Origin: Eledone cirrhosa
Lineage: Eukaryota
NCBI GenBank assembly: GCA_964016885.1
Contig: OZ024740.1
Location: forward strand, 324,446,001 to 324,510,000
DNA length: 64,000 bases
Direction of reading: 5' to 3'
The translations under genes and the position numbers were made by a program. Below are positions 1 to 13,349 of this stretch, piece by piece (position 1 is the stretch's first letter; every line of letters begins with the position of its first letter). The notes under the pieces were generated by a model, which had not been told where the DNA came from, made no database searches, and saw only the letters and a list, made by a program, of their open reading frames with translations.

Positions 1-1948
1 TAGCCTTTTTAAGATCTCCTCTTTTCAACCAGTTCCATTTCTGTGGATCTCTAAATTCAGTTTTCTCAAAGAAGGTACTATGAAGGGATTTTTCCTGAAG
101 GCTGCTCTTTCTCCTTGATGTTATTTCCTCCTTGGACATCCTCTGTTTCCCAGGACTTCATACTTTTTCCCAACAACTGTCTGATGTTATCTGCCACCTT
201 GAAGATCTCCAGGCTTTTGGTGATCCAAGAATGAGGCACCATGTCAAATGCCTTTTTGTAGTCTATCCATCCCATGGAAAGAACAGTGTGTCTCCTCTTG
301 CAATTCCTCATTACCATCTTATCAATAAGTAACTGGTCCGTTGTACCACGTGACTTCTTTCGGCATCCTTTCTGTTCGTCCGGTAACAAGTTGTTTGTGT
401 GGAGGTGATGGTAGATTTCCTCAGACACAATGCTTGTCAACAGTTTCCACATTACGGACAGACATGTGATAGGTCTATAGTTGGTAACATCATTACCCTT
501 GATTCGGTCTTTCATTATCAGAACTGTGGTACCTTTTGTCAACCACTCTGGTACCTCACCTGACATCAAGCAGTCATTGAACATGGTTGTCAGTTTCGGG
601 TGGAGGGATGTTATATGTTTAATCCAGTACCCCTGCACACCATCTGGGCCTGGTGATTTCTAGTTGGTTAGTTTTTTTACCTGCCCCTTAAGAGTTTCAA
701 CTGTGATACTCAAATCAGTTTGTTGGTGTGCCTGTTCACTAATCTCCTTCTGTACTGTCTCAATCCACACTGCCTGGTCATTATGTTTAACATCCTGCTC
801 CCATATTCCTCTCCAGAATGTTTTAGTTTGTTCCGCCTCAGGGATCAAGTCGTTGCCTCTTTCTTTCCCTTCAAGCTGTCCAAACAACATCTTCTGGTTG
901 TTGTCGAACATGCGGTTCTGTCTATACTGACTGACTCTGTTCTCGTATCGCCTGATTTTTGCACTCTTTGCTACAATGCGTTGCTTCAGTTCCTCTATGA
1001 TAATATTTAGCTTGTTCCTCCTAGTTTTGTACTTTATTTCCAGTCTATTTTTAGTGTCTATGTTTTTTAGTGTCCCATTCAGTAGGGACTCAAGCTTTCC
1101 AATGTCATTTCTCATTTTCCTGATTTGACCACTCAGTCGTTTCTTCCACCAAGGCTCTGCTCTTTCTTGTCTGTTGTTTACTCTCGCTTTTATACCAAGT
1201 AGTTTCCTCACCGTATTTGCTGTTGCTTTGAGGATATTGTTGCACTGGTGAAGGCTCCTCGCCTCAAGGTATGGGATGACTTTGTTTACCTTAGCTGTTG
1301 TTTCTTTTAACTTTTTCCTGTCTACAAATCTTAGGTTCATAGGTCTCCCACTATCATTGTTCAATTCATCTACCACTAAGTTTAGGATATCAACCAAATC
1401 TTGTCCTAGCTCGTCAGCATTCATCTCCTCAGTGGCCGTATCTCTGTTCCAGGTATTATTTATCTCAGCATTCAGATCATTGTCTGCTTCGGGTGGTTCC
1501 CCCGTTCTCTCGACCTCTTCACCTTCATTTCCCACTGGCTCGTTTGCCTGGCATACTCCACTCTCCACCTCCAAGCTAATCTCTCTGCCCAGTTCCTCCA
1601 GTTCAAGCTCGCTTATCCACCCATTAGTTCTTATTACCCGAGCCTGCCCGGCCAATTTTTGTTCATCTAATTTAAATAGACCAATCTCGTTCCAGATGTT
1701 ATGCATCCGTTTCCTATAGCCTTTCTCCTTGGGGTTACTCTTCAGGTAACATTGCATAACAGTTCTATTCAATTCTTTCTCCAGTTGGTTCTGATCCCTT
1801 TCCTTCTTCTTCTTCCTCCGACACCAGCAGTATTTGGTTGACAGCCAGGTCCCTGATGCTGAGCCAGGTAGCACCTGTTGGGTGAGAGTCTGTCACATGA
1901 CATTCTAGTCTCCATTTCACCGTTATTCGAACTGTTTAGGTTCGACAT
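1..1948 (-). mobile_element. R4/Dong-type (RLE clade) non-LTR retrotransposon, decayed, internally deleted, runs off window start
   Basis: ORFs 660-1874 and 78-638 are in one frame, split by TAG at 660-662 (KKLTN*KSPGPDG, W to stop). RT motifs NYRPITCL, EQKGC, DQLLID, WIDYKKAFDMVPHSW and N-terminal GYRKRMHNIW / EPWWKKRL blocks. Likely ATG at 1948 with a frameshift near 1780. Bases ~1-140 encode a post-RT segment (EKSLHSTFF..WNWLKRGDLKK) in another frame. Confidence 0.9.
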
Positions 1949-3419
1949 TTAAACACTCTTATCGAGGATTGGCGAATGTATGGTTAAATAACCACCGGTA
2001 ATTTCATCACCTCCGGTGGTTACGTCACTCCACGTGATTTTTGTGTGGCATTATCACGCTGTAGACGAACATAAATAAACAAACAAGCAAACAGGCAAAA
2101 AACCCCTCAAAAATGAATAAGCATACGTTTCATTGTAATGTAGTGTTTGAATGTCTGACTTAGTTTTTCCCTTCCCTTCTCTGTCCGGCCGTTTGTTTTC
2201 TCTTCATTTTTCTTTTCTTTACGTTTTTCGTTGTTGCTGTGCTGTTTTGATTTTGATTTTTGTTTTTTTGATTTTGACCGAGTCATCAATTCAGTCTATT
2301 TATATATTTTGATGCCTTCCTCTTTTAGTGGGGATTCTACGATGTAGCAGGGGGTAGCGGGAGAGAATAGCAGCGGTAGTGATAATGAGGCAGTGGTGGT
2401 GGTAGTGGTGGTGGCGGTGCTGTGCTAGCAGCAACTAGCAGGAGGTAGTGGGAGAGAATAGCGGCGGTAGCGATAATGAAGCAGTGGTGGTGGTGATGTG
2501 ATCGTAGTACTGTAGTGATGGTGTTGAAGTTGGAGTAGAAATAGCGGTTGAGTCGACTTGACCAGCGTTTTCATCGTGGTAGTGGTGGTGGTGTTGGTGG
2601 TGGTGTTAGTGGTGAAATTATCTTTAGTTATTTAGTCATTTTGTCATTTTTCTCCTTTTCGACTCTAACATTCCTGATCCAAAATTAAATATTAATCTTG
2701 TTTATTAATATTGTCTAGTGATACCGCCACCTTCCCCTTTCGTAAGTTAACAGAAGGTAATGGGGAGGATAGCGGTGGTAGCAATGAAGGAGTGGTGGCG
2801 GCGGTGATGGGATAGTGGTAGTAATGATGGATGGGTGGCGGCGGCGGTGACTGTAGTGATAGCGTTGTCGTTACTGAGTTTTGTTGAATAGCCTGTATTT
2901 TGTTTGATCGGTGAATCTATGGGGTTAGTCGCGTATATGTGTTGACATATTTTCTTAATATTGGAATTAAACATTTTGTTAAAACTTGAGACAATAATAA
3001 TAGTAATTATTATTATTATGCTGAGATTGGTGGTGGTGGTGGTGGTGAAATTGCCGTTATCTGTCTGTTGTATTTAGTGTACACAGAGGGGTGATGGGGT
3101 GATGGGGTAGGTAGTATATCTAGTTTCTGGTGTTGGTGAAATTGCTGTTATTTGGCTGTTCTATATAGTGTAGACAGAGGTGGTTTTCTTCCATTTATAA
3201 CCATTTTCTTTTTTGAATATAAAATGTATAATACAAAATTGAATATTTGAGCGATATAACAATATATTATGGATCCGAATTTTTCTGAGACTTAAGCCGG
3301 ATGCTTTATGTATCATTTGTACTAAGAATTGTTATTTCACAATTGATTTAAATATGTTAAAAATCAAAACTTACGGAGCGATTTCACGACCTTCTATCCA
3401 CCATGTGCGCCTTCTTCCC

Positions 3420-3660
<241 letters not shown>

Positions 3661-3849
3661 TTGTTGTTGAAGTAGAACTAGTAGAGGTGGTGGTGGCTTG
3701 GTTGTGGAAATAATAATCGCATTTAATGAGATTTGAGGGTGTTATGAATGTTATTTCTAACAGTCGAAGTGATTACTGGAAGCCTCCATTGCTGCTATTG
3801 GGATAGCTGAGGACGGTGGCGACGAAAATGATAAAGATAATTATTATTA

Positions 3850-4285
3850 CGGATGATTAGGGTGATAATATTGATGACAGTAGTTATGATGAGGGCGACG
3901 GCGCCGATGATGATGATGATGATTGAGGTGATATTGGTGATGATGATGATGGCGGTGGTGTTCGAGATGATGATGATATCGACGATGACGATGGCGAGGA
4001 TGAAAATGACAATGATGATGATGATGATGACGATGATGATGACTACGACGAGCACGATGACGAGGAAGGTAATTTTGATGTTGATGTTTATGATAACGAT
4101 GATGATGTTTATGATAATGATGATGATGTTTATGATAATGATGATGATGCTTATGATGGTGAGGTTGATGACGACGAAGAGGAATTTGATGATGATGTTT
4201 ATGATAACGTTGATAATGTTTATGATAATGATGATGATGTTTATGATAATGATGATGATGTTTATGGCAATGATGATAATGAATT
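3850..4285. repeat. Degenerate (GAT)n low-complexity repeat
   Basis: GAT/GAC/TAA trinucleotide tract with recurring GTTTATGATAA. Confidence 0.9.
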
Positions 4286-4666
4286 CCATGTAATAACATC
4301 ACTTCCATCACAATTCTGTAAGTAACAGATAATAATTTATGAAGAAATATCATCTCCAATTGTTGTAAGCACTGTTCATTGGAGCGATTGCAATTAAGGT
4401 GTTTTTGATAATTCTAACCATATAATGGAACATGATTCTTTGATGTTACTCTGTATATTGTCGTTAAACAGTTGTCTTTAGAGTGATATTCTCTCCGAAT
4501 TGGTTCCATGTGAATCTGTGATTCTTTAATGAGGTCAAAATGTTAGAAATACACAATGATGCTTAACTTTAGGAAATGTATTATATCTCCAAAGTATAGG
4601 TACTTGTTTTAGATTGGTTATATATATGTCGGTCTCTCTAACTTTCTAGCCAGCCATTCAAATATA

Positions 4667-4812
<146 letters not shown>

Positions 4813-5040
4813 CTCGGAGAAGATAAGCGTGTTTTTGTTTCGCTCCTGCATTTTATCGGAATTTATTACGAGAAGCGGTAGGTTTGTTTAAGTAACTTGT
4901 TATTTGTTGTGTTTAAAACCTCTCCCGGGCCTGCAGACGTTGGGTAAAATAAATTTCGCCCCTTTTGGGGGCGAAATTTAATAGTTATAAGTTGTCGATA
5001 AAAAGTCGTTTAGTGACAATGGACGCCATTAATACGACGC

Positions 5041-6844
5041 ATGCACAAGGAAAGTGATAGAGAGAAGGTAGCAAAACGACGCTGTAAGCCTTCCCTCCTC
5101 ACTCCCGCAAAAGACACCACGGAATCAAAAGAAAAAATTGTGGAAATGGGTGAAAACCCCCAAAGTAACAATTACACAAACAAGAACAACAATGACAATA
5201 ACAACAGAACCAACAACAGAAACAATGACAATAACAACACAACCAACAACAGCAATAATGACAATACCAACAAAGGAAAAAAGCAAGCCAACACGAATAA
5301 CAACAACAACAATGATAACAACACGAAAGAAAACGGACCCACAGCTGCAGTCTCCTTCGCACAGGCGGTCCGAGAAACGCAGACATACAAGGCACTGGAC
5401 ATCTCGAATGCCAAGAAATTGCTGAAAGAAGCAAGGAATTGTGTAAATTTAGGTGGGGGATTCACAATTACCTCCCCCGAAGAAATTAGAAGGGACACAG
5501 TCCTCAGGACCGTAATCTATAGGACAGTTTCGAACACGACTAGGAAACCGGCTCAATTGTCCCAAAGCGAAATTGAGCTGGTCCTAAGTAGTGCCTGGAA
5601 GAATATGCCTGGAAGAATAAAGGGAAACTGTTTGGAAGCATATCTGTTTTAATGCAAGATGAATTGGCGGCACGGAAATACTGTGTCGCCAATTGTATCC
5701 AAAGCATACACCTTTTTACACACATATTTGGGGAAAACAACTCAAAAGATAAGAATCTCAGGCATCAGGCCAAATGCGAGCATTTGGTGGGTGCTAACGG
5801 GATTCTTGGAAGATGAGAAAACAATACTTTCGATAGGCGAATCTGCCGGGGGCGTATTCGGCGGCAATAGCCTTGAAGTTCTGGTCCAAATGAGACCAGA
5901 ACGGATAGCAAGAATACCGCAGCGTGTGTCCCTGGATGGAGCCGCCTTCATAAACATTTCTGTTGAGAGCAGGCGGCCTTCATGCTACCACTGTTCAAGA
6001 AGTGGTCACCTGAGGGATTCCTGTCCCATTTTAAATGCCCCCCCCCAAGACGCTTCTTCCCACCCCACACACAACAACACAACCACCACCACCACCACGA
6101 CAACAACAACCACAACAACACGAAAAATAACAACACAAGACACTGTCCCACCCAACCCCTCCCCACCTAAAAGAAATACAAAAGCAACCACAACAAAACC
6201 CCCAAATATACCCCTCCTCAACAACACGGACGAGGACCTCTTATCGACGTCACCCAGTGACGACGAGGGAGAGCCCTTTCAACCTGTAAAAAAAAAGAAA
6301 ATAAGCACCACATTAACAAAAATGCAACAAACACACAACCACCACCACAAACAGAACAAACATCACAAACAAAAAAAACCCACCCCTCCCGAAAACATAA
6401 CACATACTGCAAAACGCAAACACACAAGAACAACAAACAAAAACAAACACAACACAACAAAAACAGTATACATACATCAACACAAACAACAAAACACTTG
6501 TGCAAACAATAGACAAAGACCCTTCGGTGGAAACCGAAGTGAAAATGTTCACGTACACGGCGACTAAACCGCATTTAAAAATGATTAGGGTCCTAAAGGA
6601 CACCTATGCAATGCTCATAGAGAACGTTCCCGAGGACGTGGGAAACCCCTGTACTAGACCTAGCAACCGCGTCCTTTCGAAATGTTTCCCCACTACCACC
6701 CCTAGACACCTCTCCCCACCAAACACCCCCACCCCACCACACACTGATGTTCCCACCACATCCCAAACCACCACCCCACCAAACAACCCCACCGACACCC
6801 CCATGGAAATTGTGCAGCCTAGTCCCCAGGAGAAGGACAGGTAG
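5041..6844 (+). pseudogene. Tx1 ORF1 (gag-like, CCHC zinc knuckle), frameshifted
   Basis: ORFs 5041-5652, 5659-6567 and 6500-6844; SFAQAV motif, CYHCSRSGHLRDSC knuckle; colinear with ORF1 55963-57873. Confidence 0.85.
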
Positions 6845-6887
6845 GTGTATTTTCCTTTTTCTCCACTCTAAACTCTTCACCACCAAC

Positions 6888-9800
6888 ATGGCTGTTATAA
6901 GAGTTGTCCTGGAAGCAGGGCAAACTCTTAAATGACTTCAGGTCGCACAGAATGGATGTGATAGCTATTTGCGAGTCCAGCATCAGCAGCGAGCACCAAC
7001 TGGCCCCCCATCTTCGGCAACTTTGAGATCTTTGCATCTCTCTGACAGCCGGGGGTGGGGGCGGGGTGGTCGTTCTGCTGCGAAAACACCTGGGCCTCGC
7101 AACACGAAAGGTACACCTGGACCCGGAGGGTTGACTGGTGGTTCTAGACGTCGGCAGAAGTGAAGGTGGACCCTTCAGGCTGGTGGCAGCGTATGCCCCA
7201 TCTTCCAGTGCCTAGAGACTTTTCTGGGAACGTCTCGCTCCTTGCTTTTAGTGGGGGACTGGAATGGTATCCCGGATGCACGTTGGGACTATGTAGGGGC
7301 ATGTCCAAATAGAGGGGATGTAACAGCCTCAAACGGTTAATCGGCCGATTTGATCTGGCCGATAGATATCGACTAGATTTTCCGACAGTGCCACTGTGGA
7401 AGTGGACTAATCGCAACGGAACATCTAGGTCGTACCTAGATAGGTTCCTAGTTAGAAATAAGGATAGGGACATATTAAGCTGTCCACGAATGTTCATGGT
7501 TGACTATTCGGATCACAATTTGGTGACCGGAGTGGTCAACCTTGATAGAACCCATAGACAAGGACCCGGTTACTGGAAGCTAAACTTGTCCTTACCGACA
7601 AACAAAGCTTACAGTAAGCGGATTAGCACTCTAGTTAAGCAGCGGTTGACGGGGGCAATTGTCAACAGCAGATGGTGGGGCTCTCTCAAGAGAGAAATTA
7701 GAATAGAATCGATAGGTTTTAGTCAGGAATTAGCATCAGATAGGAATAGAACTGAAAGGGAATTGATAGATAGAGTAGAAGAGGCGATTAGGAGTGGCAA
7801 CGTAGCCGGCGTGCTGGCGTCAAGAACGGCCCTAGACTAGTTCTTTTATGTGAAGCACAACGGCTGCGTTGTCAGGAGTAAAATACGAACTCTGGGTAAC
7901 GAGGGAGCCAAAGCTGTTAGCTGGGCCCGAGTGACAGAGGCAAAAACTGGAAACAAGTCCACGATTCGGTCTTTGAAGGACCAGGATGGACGCGTGATCC
8001 TTGAACCTGAGCGGATGTGCACGGCCTTTCAACGGCGCTTTGCACGAATGTTCGGGAGGGGCGCCGGGTCGGGTGAGGCCATGGATTTCGGACCATACCT
8101 CGACGGTCTGCCGCGGCTCTCGGACGGGGAGGCGAAGTCCTGCGAAAGGCCGATTTCCGCCGCTGAAATAGGGGAAGCGCTGAGCCAATGCGGCAAACGC
8201 AAATCTCCCGGTCTCGATGGACTACCATACGAACTTTATGTAGCGATGCCGGACTTGTTCTCCGATCTCCTCGAGGAGGTCTACTGCAACTGGCAACAGA
8301 ACGGGAGAATTCCCAGTTCTGTGACCAAGGGTGAGGAAGGACGAGAACAAGGGGGATGACATAGATAACTTCAGGCCCATAACTCTGCTAAACACAGAGC
8401 TAAAGATTTTGGCCAAGGTGTTAACGAAGAGGTTGGCGCTTGTCGATCGGGAACCTGGTGGGAGAAGCGCAGACATGCGCAATCCCGTCCAGGTCCATAC
8501 ACGACAACCTCCATCTCATGCGATACATCGTAGAGAGGGTAGGGAACGAACCCGGCTTTCGTGGGGCCCTGATCAACTTGGATCAATCTAAGGCGTTCGA
8601 TAGGGTCGACCATCGGTACCTGGATGCATTGCTCGCGGCGGCAGGCTTCGGACACGTTTTCAAGGGCTGGATTGCTGCAATGCACAGCAGCAACACCTGC
8701 TCGAGGGTCAAGGTGAACGGCTACCTCTCGGAGCCGTTCCAAATCGCGCGATCCATCCGACAGGGATGCCCTCTCTCCTCCATTCTGTATGTGCTAGCTC
8801 TCGAGCCACTACTGCGGAAGTTGGAGCTGTTGCAGGGAATCCCCTTGGAACCGGGATTGCGGAAAGTGGTGTCGGCCTACGCCGATGACGTGACAGTAAT
8901 GGTGTCGTGTGCCTCGGAAATCTTGCAGACCGGCACCTTACTGGAGGAATACGAAAGGTTTACAGGAGCCAAGCTGAACCGGGACAAGTCCGTCGGTTTG
9001 CAACCCGGAACGTGGAGAGGCAAACCGACGCCCTCTGACGCCCTCCTCTGGTTCGGACGGGACCTCCAGGTGGAGAAAAGCTGGGACGAGGTAACGGGTA
9101 GGGTGTTTGCACTCGCCCAGAAGTGGGCCGAATGCAAACTATCCCTGAAGAAGAGGGCCCCTTTGGTGAGAAGATCCATCTGCTGTCAACACCCTTCGAA
9201 CAGAGGGCTGGGGATGCTGTGGCTGACGATGCGTAGACACGCATTAAGGCTACGGCACCTCCAGGTATTCCTCACCGGTCAACCGGTGTGGGCCCCTTTT
9301 GTGAGGCGAGCCTTTCCGAGACTCGTCTCACTCACCGAGCTGCAATCCTGGGTCAAGCAAAGACCGAGAAAAGTGTGCGACTGGCACATTGAATGTGCCC
9401 AGGCGCTCACGGCCCTCTGGCAAGAGGATCCGGAAATTAGTGGAGATTCAACCTCAACATTCTATAGAGGGTTGGTGCGCAGCAAGTGCAACGATGCTCT
9501 CGGAGAGGCTCTGGGCATGCAGGAAGATGAGCTAGCCAGTCTGTTCGGTAGGACGTTTGGCCCGGGAACGATGGACAACTTCCAAAAGTCCCTGGCTTGG
9601 CAGTGCTACCGAGGAGCTCTACCCGTTCGGGACAAGCTCTACAGACACGGGCGCCCGGGTAGGGACCCCTCGAAGAAGATCTGTCCGAGATGCGTGCGTG
9701 ACGTGGAAACCGTCGCGCACGCATTCGTACACTGTCCTGGCGTTGCTGACCTGTGGGGCTATGTGGAACGACTACTGTCGCGGGTGGGACCAATCCGGTT

Positions 9801-10098
9801 GACCACCGAGTACATTGTCACGATCAAACCGCCTCCCCCCTTCAAAAACGAAGGAGAGGCGGTTTTCCTCTGTGTGATAGCTATGTCGAAAGAGGTTGTA
9901 TGGTGGACGAGGTTGAAAGCGCTGAGGTCAGACACCTTTCTCTCCGGCCAACAACTGGTCCTTTTTTTTCAAGTACCATTTTACAAGAAGGATCAGAATG
10001 GAGAGAGAGGTGCTCTACCCCAGCAAGTTTTATGAAAGGTGGGTGAAAGGGCGAGAATGGCCCGAGTGAATGGGTCGTCTCTCTATATCAGCCTGTAG
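6888..10098 (+). pseudogene. Tx1 ORF2 (APE endonuclease + RT + C-terminal CCHC), multiple frameshifts/deletions
   Basis: SYLDRF, YSDH, GPGYWKLN, KSPGLDG, NFRPITLLN, DQSKAFDRV, RQGCPLS, AYADD, CPRC..ETVAHAFVHC; ~30-bp deletion removes the N-terminal SLNVRGL motif relative to copy 2. Confidence 0.9.
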
Positions 10099-10318
10099 GT
10101 GAGAGAGGAGAAGGAGGAGGAGAGGAAGGGAGCACCCGCTCTTTGTGCTCCTGAGGAGCAGGGTTGCACATTTTTTTCGGAGGACATCGATTGTTGAATT
10201 TGTTGTTTTTACACGTCCTTTGAAATGTATATAACCCCCCGCCCCCCTTGTATTTGTCTCAATCTTTGATGCCCTGGTGGCAAATAAATAGAAAGTTATC
10301 TATTTATCTATTTGTCAG

Positions 10319-10425
<107 letters not shown>

Positions 10426-10455
10426 TGTGTGTGTGTATGTGTATATGTGTGTATA

Positions 10456-10524
<69 letters not shown>

Positions 10525-11010
10525 ATATAGAACAGCTGTTAAAATAACCTAACAGCGATGGGAAATATGCCTCAGAGACAGAGAACTGTGGCCAGTGGTC
10601 GGCAGAGAGACAATCCATTAGGTGGGTGATAGGCAGATGAAATATAGAAAATTTAATTGAGAGTAGCATTTCAAAATGGTGGATCGTGGATTATTTTCTT
10701 CTTCTCTTCACATCTCTGCGTCAACACACTGCTCCTTGTCCTCCACTCTCAATGTTTTCTATATTTCAATTGTCTTTCCCCCACCTCATTGATTGTGTTG
10801 TCTCTGTACTCTGAGATATATTTTCGCTTCGTCTCGATCAGAGATAACAATGTTCACACACACATACAGAGAGAGAGCGAGCGAGAGAGAGGGAGATGCA
10901 GACACAGAGAGAGAGAGCGAGCGAGCGAGAGAGAGAGAGAGAGAGAGGGAGATGCAGACACAGAGAGAGAGCGAGCGAGCGAGAGAGAGAGAGAGAAGCA
11001 GAGAGAAAGA

Positions 11011-11042
<32 letters not shown>

Positions 11043-11285
11043 AAAAGACAGAGAGACAGACAGAGAGAATAAGAGGGGAAATGCATTAATTATTTCTGGT
11101 AAGGTGCATACAATTCAATACATTACTAGACACGACAGTATTCAGGAGTCCATTTGTTGAGATCAAAGATGGAATTAGAATAACAACTTTGGCTTTTATT
11201 TTCTATTAAGTATAAATATATATATATATGTCGTTTCTGAATTTGTTTAGCAAGATCCTTTATCTGAAAACGTGTGTTGAAACCG

Positions 11286-11832
11286 ATATTATTATGCTTT
11301 GGGAGGGTCATGTTGCCAATAAGAAACACACGCACCAGCTGCTTTCACTTCAATTTATTATAAATTAAATTTATAAATTTAAGAATTTATAAATTTCCGG
11401 TTGGTTGGTTGGTTCCACAACCGGATGGTTGTTCATATATTGTCAAAGTTCTTTTGTCACACATTCTGACCTCTTCAGTGACTGGGGATTCTTTTCTTTC
11501 TTTTTGTGCCTCTCCTTTGTTCTGTCCTACGCCATCTTGTTTTTGTGTGTGTTGTCAACACACACAAAAACAAGATGGCGTAGGACAGAACAAAGGAGAG
11601 GGACAAAAAGAAAGAAAAGTATCCCCAGTCACTGAAGAGGTCACAGAATGTGTGACGAAATAACTTTGACAATATATGAACAATCGTCTGGTTGTGGAAC
11701 CAACCAACCAACCGGAAATTTATAAATTTATAAATTCCTAAATTTATAAATGTAATTTATAATAAATTGAAGTGAAAGCAACTGGTGCGTGTTTCTTATT
11801 GGCAACATGACCCTCCCAAAGCATAACAATAT
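11286..11832. repeat. ~547-bp near-perfect palindrome (fold-back) centred at 11555
   Basis: Left arm is the reverse complement of the right arm with few mismatches/indels and a 1-nt spacer (GTTG-T-CAAC). Confidence 0.95.
11628..11670 (+). ncRNA. Minimal type I hammerhead ribozyme-like motif
   Basis: GTCA-CTGAAGA-G-GTCACA(GAATG)TGTGAC-GAAA-TAAC-TT-TGAC; stem III weak. Confidence 0.6.
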
Positions 11833-11947
11833 ATATATATATATATATATATTTAAGAGTTAAACAAGATTCAATGAATACATCAGAGAATGAGTTTTAC
11901 AATAGATTGGAAGCACTCTACAATAAAAATATTTTCCAGAGTTATTA

Positions 11948-12240
11948 ATATTAATTCCAAATTAACAACATAGATATTCTTGTGATCAATAATATTTTAT
12001 TATACATATTTCAGAGGTACTGAGTTAAGTTCAACAGTACGTCCTCATCAAATATTGAGTTTTGTCATAAGTTAATCATTACCTTGATTAAATCTTAAGC
12101 ATCTACCATGTCAGAGTATGTCATGTATCATCTTATTTTATCTGATGAGGACGTACTGTTGAACTTAACTCAGTACCTCTGAAATATGTATAATAAAATA
12201 TAATTGATCACAAGAATATCTATTTTGTTAATATTTGGAA

Positions 12241-12247
<7 letters not shown>
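11948..12247. mobile_element. Non-coding hammerhead-bearing element (Penelope pLTR-like) with inverted partial copy
   Basis: 11948-12050 is the reverse complement of 12143-12247; 12091-12247 recurs at 63467-63622 on the minus strand; ends in (TA)n. Confidence 0.75.
12134..12200 (+). ncRNA. Minimal type I hammerhead ribozyme
   Basis: TATTTTAT-CTGATGA-stem II (GTACTG..CAGTAC)-GAAA-TATGTA-TA-ATAAAATA; perfect 8-bp stem I; predicted cleavage after 12192. Confidence 0.85.
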
Positions 12248-12295
<48 letters not shown>

Positions 12296-12329
12296 ATAAT
12301 GATAAATTTGAAGACTAAAATTCAAAGAC

Positions 12330-13349
12330 AGCCTTCTTTAAAGGCTTCAACCTCTCTATACAGGTTGAGGTCAATCTCTTGGTCGTTAATTACCTCGACG
12401 TTACCCTCAATTTATCGAATGGGTTGTATTACCCGTATAGAAAGCCGAATGATACGCTTAATTACATAAGTAAGCATTCCAACCATCCTGCCAGCATAAC
12501 CAAGAACCTGGTAAGAAACGTTTCGCGAGGCTTTCCCGTCTATCTACTAACGAGCATATTTTCAACGACCATTCCACTTATTACAATGAAGCTCTTGCTC
12601 GGAGTAGATTTGTCGATAAGGTAGCATATACAGAGTACGAAAATAGACCTAGAAGAAATAGATCCCGTCGCATTTGTTGGTAAAACCCACCATATAATAT
12701 GGAGGGGGCCACACCATTAGCTAATATCTTTCTTTCCCTTATTACGAAGCATTTTCCCCCTACACATAAATATAGTAAAATTTTTAATAGAAATACTATT
12801 AAAATTTCTTACTCTACGACTCCTAATCTTGCACATAACATCACAGCTTCAAATTTAGCTAAACTACCTAGCCGTAGGAACACGTGCAACCCTGTAGTTA
12901 GTACTAACTGTAATTGTAGGAATCGGGTTGATTGCCCCCTATCCGGGAAATGCCTCTCTAGTTACATTGTCTACAAATGTAAGGTTGAAACACCCACGTC
13001 CCGTAGGGCCTACATAGGGTTAACCGCCAATAGATTCAAGCAGCGTCTTTACATGCATACCCATTCTTTTTGTTACCCTCTAAGAAGGAATATGACGTCA
13101 CTTTCAGCTTATATCTGGAGTCTAAAAGACAACCACACCCAATATAAGTTACACTGGGAGATCCTAGTTAGGGCTAGATCGTATAACGGAAATAAAAGAC
13201 CATGTGACCTCTGCGCCGCTGAGGCCTTGGAAATACACTACGCCACAGACCACATCTTAAACAAAAAATCTGAGGCAATTTCGGCTTGTAAACATAAATT
13301 GCACAAAACTTTCCTGTATTACAGCCCCACGTTATACCCTAACGGATAG
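12330..13349 (+). mobile_element. Penelope-like element remnant: RT C-terminus/thumb + GIY-YIG endonuclease (Naiad-like)
   Basis: VNYLDVTLNL..YRKPND..YI..SNHP; CNCRNRVDCPLSGKC linker (CxCx5C); IVYKCKV..AYIGLT..FKQRLYMH..SF GIY-YIG; frameshift and stop between ORFs 12379-12624 and 12699-13349; 5' truncated. Confidence 0.9.

Larger units (their letters stand above)
4813..10299 (+). mobile_element. Tx1-clade (L1 superfamily) LINE, near full-length but decayed (copy 1)
   Basis: Two-ORF layout homologous to the intact element at 55747-61576; AATAAA near 10283; candidate 12-bp TSD CTATTTATCTAT at 4801-4812 and 10300-10311. Confidence 0.9.
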
